The position numbers and the translations under genes were made by a program. From a virus (Duplodnaviria > Caudoviricetes), in the IMG/VR virus record IMGVR_UViG_3300006052_000019, positions 1 through 36,228 of that record: a stretch of DNA of 36,228 nt. The stretch is one strand, 5' to 3'. A model generated the notes under the pieces. That model saw only the letters and a list, made by a program, of their open reading frames with translations. It was not told the origin of the DNA and did not search any database. Position 1 is the first letter of the stretch. Every line of letters begins with the position of its first letter. Shown here in pieces: positions 8,122 through 18,100 of this stretch.

Positions 8122-8345
8122 TTCGGGTCACCCTCCCCACGCTCACTGACACGCTTGCCGATTATCGATCCGATGATGGCAGCAATGCACAGGCCGAACT
8201 GCACGAAGAAACTCGAATCGAAAGGCGGGGTCAGCGTCATGAACTTGTAGGTGGCACCACACGCTGCCACGATGCCGATGAAGTTCCAGGGACAGTAGCT
8301 GATCCCGTCAGACTCCGTAAGCCAGTCTTTGATGAGCTTCATCAC
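8118..8345 (-). CDS. putative holin (2 TM)
   Basis: Two hydrophobic segments and a charged C-terminus; between endolysin and spanin. Confidence 0.55.
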   Translation of the reverse strand: MMKLIKDWLTESDGISYCPWNFIGIVAACGATYKFMTLTPPFDSSFFVQFGLCIAAIIGSIIGKRVSERGEGDPK

Positions 8346-8815
8346 GCACCGACGTAGTCAAGATCCTCGGCGACGCGGTTCATCCAGCCGGCGCCGAAGG
8401 TAGGGAACGTGGTGAGCTTCGTGTAGAAGCGGATCTTGGCGGCCGCGAACCTTGCGCAGAATACGCTCGGGCTGATTGCTGCAACCGCTGCTCGCGTGAT
8501 CGGGCCCCAGTTCCCGTCATCGGCTACACCGGCAACAAACTGGGCCTTGCGGATCGCCGTGCTCAGGCCTGCGTTGACGGCGAAGTCCAGGATCTGAAAC
8601 GCGATCGAAGCGGGTAACGTGTCGCCCTGAACCCGGTCCCAGAAGTCTCGCTTGTAGATGGCGATCGCCTGCTCTCGCGTGAGGTTGGCAATGTCCACGT
8701 CAGGATAAGCGTGCTTGCTGATGCCGAACTTGGTCTCGCCGCCAGGGTCTGCGGGGTTGTTGACGTAGCCGCCTTCGTTGTTCAGGACTATGTTGATCGC
8801 GTCGTCGAAATTCAT
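8342..8815 (-). CDS. endolysin, glycoside hydrolase family 108 with PG-binding tail
   Basis: EGGYVNNPADPGGETKFGI, YKRDFW, DFAVNAG, DG.WGP.T, FGAGWMNRV. Confidence 0.92.
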   Translation of the reverse strand: MNFDDAINIVLNNEGGYVNNPADPGGETKFGISKHAYPDVDIANLTREQAIAIYKRDFWDRVQGDTLPASIAFQILDFAVNAGLSTAIRKAQFVAGVADDGNWGPITRAAVAAISPSVFCARFAAAKIRFYTKLTTFPTFGAGWMNRVAEDLDYVGA

Positions 8816-9093
8816 TTGAGTAGCCCCTGTATCAGGTGGTGTACGCTGGCGCCACCAACCGAGGATGCGGTGGCGACGGCGGCCAGGATCTTGATGCCCA
8901 TCTTGGCTTCAGCCTTGACCTCGTCATGGGCCCTGACGATCTCTTCCATCCGTTCCGCGTGATCTTCTTGCTTGCGCTCAATTCTCACGAGTGACTCCTT
9001 TATACCGCTGATGGTCCCGGTGAGCTCACCGAGCAAGCGTTCCGTGCTGACATCAGCCATTTTGCAGTCCTCGAGTTCCAAAGTTGTGTCCAT
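8812..9093 (-). CDS. coiled-coil plus C-terminal TM protein (holin-like)
   Basis: GGAGG SD; directly upstream of the endolysin. Confidence 0.6.
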   Translation of the reverse strand: MDTTLELEDCKMADVSTERLLGELTGTISGIKESLVRIERKQEDHAERMEEIVRAHDEVKAEAKMGIKILAAVATASSVGGASVHHLIQGLLK

Positions 9094-9131
9094 GATATAG
9101 CCTCCAAGCGTCTCACGCGCTTACGTTATGG

Positions 9132-12100
9132 TCAATACTGGGATCGTTCCTGCACAGACTGCAAGTGAGACCTCTCAGCCTCAGTTGCGCCTCTCCAGAA
9201 TTTCTTTTGCTGTGACTTGCTAAGGCCAACTGTATTGGCTGCCCGGTACATCATCTGGCGCTCCTTGCCGTAGATGTTGTTCTCGTCCATGAGCTTTTCG
9301 GCCTTCTCGGTGTCGCCCTGCTTGATCGCTTTGATGATGTCTGGCCTTGCCTCTTGCACGTCCATCTGGTGGCTCGTTTGATCGGAGTGCATGGCGCCCA
9401 TCGCTTCGCCGCCTGGGTAGCCCTTGCTCGTCGTGACGGTAAGGGGAGGCGGGATCAGCGGACCGGCAATCGTCGAGGCGTCGAGAGTCTTGCCGTTGCC
9501 GGTGAGCATGTTATGCAAGGCCTCTATCTCTCGCATTGGCAGCTGCGCCTGTATGAAGTGCTTGGCGATCTTGGCGCCGGCGGTTGCCAGGTCGTCGTCT
9601 GGCCGATAGATCCGGCGGCCGAAGTTGTCTTGATTGGCGAACGCTTCCGTTACCGGCTTGGCCAGGGTTGACATCTTGTTCTTGAGCATGGTTCCTGGCT
9701 TGGTCAACCATCCCTCCATCTCCTCGCCGATCTTCCCGAACGGCGTGCGGCCGTAGACAGCGGTGCCGTCCTCGTCGTGGCCCATCAGGAAGCGGTCGCG
9801 CTTGCCTTCCTCGTTCTCGCCCTGGGGCAGGAACGACTTGATCGTGTCGGGCCAGCTGAGCGGGTTCAGGACCGTATGGATCGGATGGTCGAACACCTGT
9901 TGCGTGCTTTCGTGCAAGAGGTTGGTGTACTTTTCCCACTGATCCCCAAGCCCCTGGGTGTCGTACCAGGCGCGGTCCTTGTCTTTGTTGTCGCGTATTG
10001 CGCCGATGCCAACCTGCAGCATGGCGTTGAGGCCATACATGAGTGCTATATCAACCGCGACACCGGCGCGCGCCTTGTGGGCCGCGAACGAGATCGCCTT
10101 GCCCGCCTCCTCCTGATTAAGCTCCTGGCGCAGCTGGGACTTGATGTCGCGCGGCAGGCCAGAGATTGCGTCCTTCATCGCACCAAGGTTCCCCAGGGTG
10201 AACGACCTGGAGAACATCATCACGTTGGCAACCTTGCGCCCCATGGCCGATATCGACTCTGGCGGCAGCGCGCCTGCGTACCGGTTGGCAATGTGCGCAG
10301 CCACCAGGGCAGAGGCCCGATCGCTGTGACCATCCTTCATCATGCGGTTGTAGATCTCGTTGGCGATGCCGGCTTGGAGCTCTGCCACCCGGTCCCACAA
10401 CAAGGTGCCGTGGACAAAGTCTCCGGCTCGGTCGATGCCGCCCTTGATAGCTTCGCCGGCGCCTTTGTTCACCAGGCCTACCGCGCCCCCAATACCCTTG
10501 GCCAGAAGTCCGCGACCCTTCTCGAGGTCCGGCTCTCGGCCGATCGAAGTGATGTCCTCGTACATGCCCTGGCGCCCGATCGGGACATAGCCGGCACGGA
10601 TGAACTTTTGCATCTTTTCCGGATCCTGAAGCATCGCGCGCCCGCTCTTCCAGAAGCCGGTGCCAGGCAGCATCTTCAAGCCCATGACCGGAAACGCGCG
10701 GCCGACCTCCACGCCCAGGTGAATGAACGGGCTCCACATGATCGCGGTGGTTGCGCCGTTCTTCATGGCCAGCAGCGCCTTGTAGATCTTGCCCGACGGC
10801 TGCGTGAGCACGGCCTTGAGCGGTCCCTCGAACTCCTTGGGAATCATCCGCTGCCTGACCGTCCAGTTCAGCTTTCCCTTCTCGTCCTCCTCGGCCCGAT
10901 AGCTCTTGAGGGCCGGGTGATCGAACGTGACGAACTCGCGCGGATCCATGGCCAGGTCCTGCGAGAGCTCCTGAATCCGGTTGACGAGCTCGCGCCCGGC
11001 GATCGCTTTCTCCAGGCGGGCCATGGCGATCGGCATCGTGCGGATGTCCTTGATGAAGCCGGCGCCGGTGCCGAATTTTGCCTTGAGCGCCTCCTCAGCC
11101 TCGGCCGTTGTGAGGTGCTTGCGGCCTGTCAGGTTGCTTGACTTGGTCGTCAGGCCGCCAGGGCCCGTGCCGCGGTTGCCAAACTCCGTGAGGTGTCCGA
11201 CCTCGCCGTCTTCACCGATCAAGGCGGCCACGCGGGGGACCCAGTAGTCGACGCCGCTGCCCTCGTACATGCCGGCGGCCTTGGCGCGCTGCATGAGCGC
11301 CTCGCCGTGCGCAGTCAGGAAGTTCATGACGTCCTGCTGATCCTTCGGGAGAGATGCCAGGCCCTTGGTGGGATCCTCAGCGGCGCCGGTGCGGCGCATG
11401 TCGTTCTCTTCGTCGCCAGCTTCCCACATCCGCTTGAGTTGCTCGGGCGTGAAATCCTTGGTCAGGATCTCGTGGAACCGCTGATAGTTCCAGGACGCTT
11501 CGCGCATGTGGTTGGCAAAGTCCTTGACCATCGCCATGGACCGTTCGGACCCGCGGACCATGGGTGATACTTTCGACAGGTAGTCCTGGACGATGCCCTC
11601 GCTCCAGTCGCGCACCTGCTTGCCGACATTAGATTCCCAGAGGCGCTTGAAGATGCCTGGCTTTTTGGCTAGCTCCGGCGCCTGCTGCTGCCCAGGGATC
11701 GAGTACAGGATGCTCGGATTGTTTTTATCGAACGCGCCACTGTTGCCTATTGCAGACTTGATCTGTGACTTATCGAACACTTTGTATTCGGTACCACCTG
11801 CTGTCTCGCCATTGCCCCCATGGATTGCTCCATCAAATCCAGCGTCCTTTAATTTTTTGACAAAGTCCTTGTCGTCAAGCAAATGATAGGCATCCATGTA
11901 GAGCTTGTTGATCTCGCCAGGATTTCGCTTAACCATGTCAGCGACAGAATCGTATTTGCCGGAGAAGTTCTCTTGCCAGTTGTCGGTCCCCTGGATGATG
12001 TCGGCATGCTCAAGAGCAACACGCTTGGCTTCTTCTGGGCCAAGAGTCTTTGCTATGTGCGATATATCAACAAATGGATCGCCTGTCTTATCGTTGATCC

Positions 12101-15100
12101 ATGGCTTTTCGATCCTAAGGTAAGCGGGTATGACACGCGAATGCTCTGCCGTACCGTCTAACTTCAGGTCGTTCGGCGTTTGCGCATAAGCGTTGGCTGC
12201 TTCCTTGTCACCGAATGATATGGAACCCCTGCGAGACTGGATCTCCTGATCCGTCTCGCCATGCTCGCCACGGTATACGCGAATCGGGTTGCCTTCATCA
12301 TCCTTGGCCTTGCTATCTCCGAACCAATTTTTGAATTCATCGGTATCGGGAGCCTTGAGGCTGTAAGAAATGCGGCCGTCTTCCGGGTCCCAGGTGCCTT
12401 TGTTACCTGTCGCGGATTTCAATTGCTTGGGGTCGAACACCGCGAGAGTTTCATCGCTGGCGTTATGCTCTCTCTCGTAAAATCCGTCGTGATTCCCACG
12501 AATATATTTTTGCGCTTCCGGCCGTTCAATCGTTTGCCAATCGCCCATGCTCAAACGATCACGCAAAGACGATTTCATTTGTTGACCATCATCGTCCCGG
12601 TAAGGCGGCAACTTGTCTATGCCAGGATCGTTTTTTTCAAGATGTCTTGCTAGAGCTTCAACGTGTTGTTTGTTATTTGGATCCCATGGATTTTCCGCTC
12701 GCACATACAGCTTGTGGACGTTGAGGCCCTCAGGGTTTTTGCCGTACTTAAACTCCGACACTCCAATCGCATCGTGCGGATTCGCGGCCGTAAAAATTGC
12801 TCCAGCAACTCCGTCTCTTTCTACGCCTGGACGAAATGACTCGATATCATTGGCAGTTGTAGCGTGATACATGGGCCGAGGCTCACGACGCTTCATCGCT
12901 TCATTTTTTGCGGCGTGGAAAGAATCGTATTCATCCTGCATCCGCTGAATAAACGAATCAAACGCTTTCTTGCCGTAATACTTTTCCGCAAAACTGCGTC
13001 CGTATTCGTCGTCCGAAGAGGAGGCTTTTGCATATCGCTCGTCGTTGATTTTGCGTTCGGCTTCAACGTCTGGTTTTTTGGGAGGCACAACGCTTTCAAA
13101 TCTACGGCCACCATGAACGACGCTGTTCCCAAACCATCGCTTAAAAGCTGGCGTATCGGTTTGCTTTTCTTCTTCCTTTAGTCTGGCTGCGTTCCCCAGT
13201 TCTTCAGGTTCGCTGGCACCATGCTCGACAGTTCCGGGTCTTTGCTCTCGTCCTGGTCGTTGCCCATCGCCAGATAATTCTCCGGCGTAAGAGGAATCCC
13301 GTTTTCCCGCATGTATTTCTGAACCGTATCCTCGCCACTCCGGTTCGCGGACGCCGCCTGAGAGGGCTCTGAGTTGTTCGCGGGCCTGATCTGGGCTGAT
13401 CTTCCCCGCGCTTGCTTCATTCCAGATCCTGTCCGCTTCACTTTTCATCCCCTTCTTTGATGCGGCCTCATACATGCCGCGCACAGCTTCCCAAGAAATT
13501 GACTGCATCTCTCTGGGCAACAACTGTCGCTCAACGGCCGCTCGACGATACGCCTCTTGAACTAGCGGGTAAACACCGCGGATACCGGTAGCAGCAGATC
13601 GTGCTGGTCCTGGTTCCCCAGGTTGTCCGCTACCAAACAAGTGCGCCACCTCAAGATCGGATTGCCCAAGCGGGCGCAACAAGGCTGCTGCCATTGCGTG
13701 CGTATCTGCCGTCAGGAATCCGTGCGGCGAGTTGGGGTCGACAATGTTGTGGTAGAAATTTCTGACCTTGTGCATCTCGCCTAGTTGCGCGCTGATGTTT
13801 GATCGCGATCCGTCGTGGAATATGGATATGGCCTTGGCCATTGGCTTTAATCCGGCGCCCCACGCGGTGACGGCCTCTTCGCCACCCTTGGGGGTCTTTG
13901 CAAAGTCGGCGAAGCCGCCTTCCGGAGTAACAAGACGGAAGCGCCGATCGTTGTGCTCCTCATCGAACGACTTGATCCACATGGCTTGGCCAAGGTCATT
14001 GCCTTCGAGTTCACGAAGCGTCTTCCCTTTGACCGAATCGTAGAGCGATTGGTTGAACGCCCTTCCCTTTGGGTTCGTGCTGCGCTCGACAAAAGCGCGA
14101 GCGTTAGCGTCCATCTCCGGAGTCCACGGCCGGTCCATGTGTTTTTTGAGGGCTGTCGCAATACGCTCCATCTGAGACACGTTTACGTCCCAACGCGTCT
14201 TTGGTGAGAGCGCGGCAAGCATGCCGGCAGACTGTCGCGTGGTGATATCGAACCGCTTGGCGAATCTGTTGGAGATATTGTTGGCGCCGTCGTACCATTT
14301 TTTGGCGCGGCCGCGTATTTGATCCGAGAACTGATCGTGCAACCACAGGAGATTGTCCTTCATGTGGTTGATCATTTGCTCGGCCTTGGACATCGGCGTG
14401 CCATCAAGACCCTTAAAGTTCGAGTATTTGCTCATTACGCCGACGTTTTGCTCGACCTTGTCCGGCTCGGTTTGGTGTGTCTCCCAATCCGACAACAATG
14501 GTTTTTCTTGTTCGTGCGCCACCGTTTTGAGACGGCCCTTGTAAAGCGCCGTCGGGTTGCGCGCTCCCACCCAGTCTGGTCCTTCGTCCGAACCCATCCG
14601 CGCAGCGTTGCCCATGGGCTGCACGGCCTTCATGGATCCGTTGGCCGCCGATCGCAGCGCCGAACGAGTCAGGCCTCGCAGGACGCCGGCGTCCACCTTG
14701 CCGATCCCGAAATTCTTGTAGAGGAAAGCTTTGGCGCCATCCATCATCTTTCCGATAGGACCGCGGTCGTAGCCTGTTTCCACCAGGTGGGCTGCCACCT
14801 CGCGCATGAAAGCCTGGCCACCCTCTGCCATCATCAGCTGGCCAGACTTCTCGTGCCCGGCCGGGAAGGTGTAATTTTTCTTGACCGTGTCCCACACCTT
14901 CTTGATCTCTGGGTCGGTCTGCGCACGATCCTTGAGGTCCTTAAGCAGCTGAGCGTACTTGTCAAAACCAAGCATGCGCGACAGGCCGTAATGCTCACCG
15001 ACCTCGTGCATCATGAGCGACGGCGATGTATGCGGATCAGCGCGATCAGTGTAGATTTCGACGTGGGCCGGCTCGCCGTTCCTGGCTGCTATGTACATAG

Positions 15101-18100
15101 CCTGGGCGCGCGGGTCGAGCTTGTCGCCCAACGCGCTTTGGTCTGAAGGAATAATCCGAACGATGCCCCGGTCTTGGAGCTTCTTGGCGGTGCCGTCGCC
15201 AAAAACTCGGTCGATCTCGTCCTCGTGAGCACCGACACGCTGCCGCTCTTCTACCGGTGCCAGGAGTTGATCTACTTTTTCCCGGCTTTTCTTGGGACTG
15301 GTTTGCCCTTTGCCGGCCTTGTCACTGGCAGGCTTACTTGCTACTATTGGTTCGGAAGGAGAAGCAATGAACGGTGCCGAAGTACTCGCCTCTGTCCCGC
15401 CCGGTTCGGTCTTCTTCGACGTCGACGGCGTCCCGGCCGTCCGGTTCCCGGATGGCTCCTGCTGGAATTTCTGGGGCGGCTCCAAGGACCCATTCCCGCC
15501 GGCGCGCGTGAGCTCTTTCGGCGACAAGGTGCCACCAGCCGAGTTCGCCGCCCTGGTCGACTCGTCCGTCAAACGCTGATTCTCGGCGTCTTTGGCGGCC
15601 CCGTACAGGTCGGACTGGGCCGCTGTCAGTTCCTTGATGCGGTCGCCGTCCTTCTTTGGATCAAGGTCCCGTCTCAGCTCGTACAGATGGTGGCCAATGT
15701 CCTTGGATGCGATCGTCTCTGGCGTATGGATCTGGACCTCGGCGATATGTCCGTCGGGCATTTGCACGTTTATCAGGACATCGCGGTAACCCTCTTCCGT
15801 TGGCTTCGCAAAACGGTCTTTGAGTTTAACCACCGCGTCCTTGCCAAACGCCGCCTTGATGGCCTCTATGGCCTTGGGAACTTCGGCAGATGAATGAATC
15901 ACGATGGAACCGCGCAAGAGGTCTTTGAGACCCGTCTCGTCGCCCTTGTAGTCGGACCAGAGCTTCTGAATGGTCCGGCCTTCTTCCTTTATCTTGGCAA
16001 TGACGGCGTCGCCACCCACAGCCGAGGCGGCGGCGCGCAGCTTGTCCGAATAGTCAGCCAGGTTGCGCTTGGCGCTTTCGATCATTGGCGCAATCCTCTT
16101 GCGCCCTTCGACAAACTGCTCCGGCGTAGGCTTGGGACCTTCAGGCTTGGGCTGTTCCAGGAACTTGCGGACCCGGTCCATGATCGGCTTGGGGATGATC
16201 CTGTCAAGCGATACCCCGGTGAAGTGGGTGTTGGCGTCCTTGGCTGGCGCGCCTTCCTCGCCTTCAATCCGCACGGGCAACTTCTTCCAGCCAAACTCGC
16301 GCGCGGTCGTGACCGTGCCGTTGCCGTCGACCACGTCGAACTTGCCATCCGCGCGCCGGCGCACGGTGATCGGGTCGCGACGAGGCACCGCGCCGCGCGC
16401 TGCCGCCTCCATGCGCTTTGGCGCGTTCTCCAGGCCCTGCTTGTTTTCGGATTCAGTCTTGGTCGACAAGAGGTCGTCCAGGCTTACCGTGTGCGTGTCC
16501 GGCGTCAGGTTGAAGTAGGCCCCGTGGTCCTCGGGCAGTTCGGTCGGGCGCTCCTTTTTGTCGACCACCCGCTTGAGGTATTCCTTGGTGGTCTCGCCCT
16601 CGCGCTGCGGCTCGTACTCGTCTACAGGTCTTCCTTGGTCGGCTCCGGCCGCTCCGCCGCGGTCAGACCCGGATTGCTGAACCTCTGGTCCGGCTTGAGG
16701 ATGCTCGCCGCCGTCGGTGGTGCCACCGCCTTGTTGATCCCGTACGGCGTCCCTCCCTGCTTCCACGGGCTGGGTTTCTTCAGCTGCTCGACGTACTGCT
16801 GGTTCTTGAACCTCGCCAGCTGGTCGTGACTCATCGCTTGCGCCGCCTGCACCAGGCTCGCGCTGCCGATCGGTTGCGGTATCGGGTTCATTGATTTTCC
16901 TTATCTCTGCCATGAATCCGGGACCGTGCTCCGGATGCTGCTCTGCAGCAGCCTGGACTGCGTCAGGATCTTTGTGCAGCGCCTCGCGCACCTCGGTCAG
17001 GTCTAGCCCGTGTTCCGGGCCCAGGCCGTGCAGTTCTAGGCTGGTACGGTCGCGCGCTTCCTCTATGAGATCTTTGCTGGTCTTGCCTTTTTGCTCGGTT
17101 GCCGCGCCGGAATTTGGGACAGAGGATGGCGGCTCTACCTCTCCAGTCGGAGAGGACTCCGGCGCGGCAGACTGTGCTGCGCGATCGCGCAGGTTTTTCC
17201 ATTCGTTTCGTTCGGCGTCGGTGAGAAATTGCGCATGCTCCCCAACCTCAACCGTGGCGTCTTTACGGCCAGCTTCCCGTGCCTGCTGGTCAGCGATGGT
17301 AATCCGGGTGCCCTCGGCCTTGCGGGTGAGATCAGCCAGGCGGGACTGCTCCTGATCCGAAAGCGCACCCTTCCCAGGGCCCGTAGGAGCCCCAGGTTCG
17401 ATTCCAATGCCGCCGGGCTCCGGAGCTACTGCCCGGAGTTTCTCGACGGTTGTGACCCCTTCTGGAGCCTCCTGGCGGCCTTCCAGCGTTTGCGGGGCCG
17501 GCGTCGGCGTCTGTCCGTTTAGGAGTTCCTGGATCTGACGGGCTTGATCTTCCGGGGTAGCCCGGCCGCCCACTATGCTGGCCGCCTTGTGCGCCGCGCC
17601 AAAAGCGGCGGTCTGGACCACGCCGCCAATGACAGCATCTTGGATCTGTTGCGGCAGCGTTTTGGCCCACTGCTCAAAGGTCATGTCCGGATTGGCCACA
17701 GCCGCATCGATGGCCGATGACACAACCGAGGAGGCCGCACCAAGGCCACTGTTGACGGCCGCGTCAGCGACAAACTTGCGCAAACTATTGGCCCCACCCA
17801 GGCGTTCGATAAACCTTCCTACCGGGATAGCGCCAGCGGCGGCATTGACGGCGCCTACCCCAATGCCCGCACCCAAAGCTTCAGCCCGGCTGCCGCCACG
17901 CGCCGATACGTTGGCCACTTCTTCGCCACCAGCTTGCAAGCCAAAAGCCGCCGCCGCCGGTATGACGCTGCCCGTAATAACGCTGGCGGCCACCGCCGGA
18001 GCCGACACCGCGACGCCGGCGGCTGCATCAAAAGCTTTCTCGCCGATCCCGTGACCCATCTCAGGATGAGTAACTTCCGCCTCTAGCTGGGCCTGCTTTA

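Noticed and set aside
9777-11141. 454-aa plus-strand ORF (and similar ones at 14319-15146 and 15894-16829) inside the giant gene
   Set aside because: They overlap motif-bearing main-frame regions, have shadow-type composition and no promoter/SD noticed, unlike 15367-15579.
16178-16207. Perfect TTGACA on the minus strand upstream of the RelA/SpoT-like domain
   Set aside because: No credible -10 at 16-18 nt (best is GATCAT).
17091-17230. Possible further antisense gene in the S/P-rich linker (ATG 17126)
   Set aside because: GAGG abuts the ATG, no promoter seen, short product that does not look protein-like.
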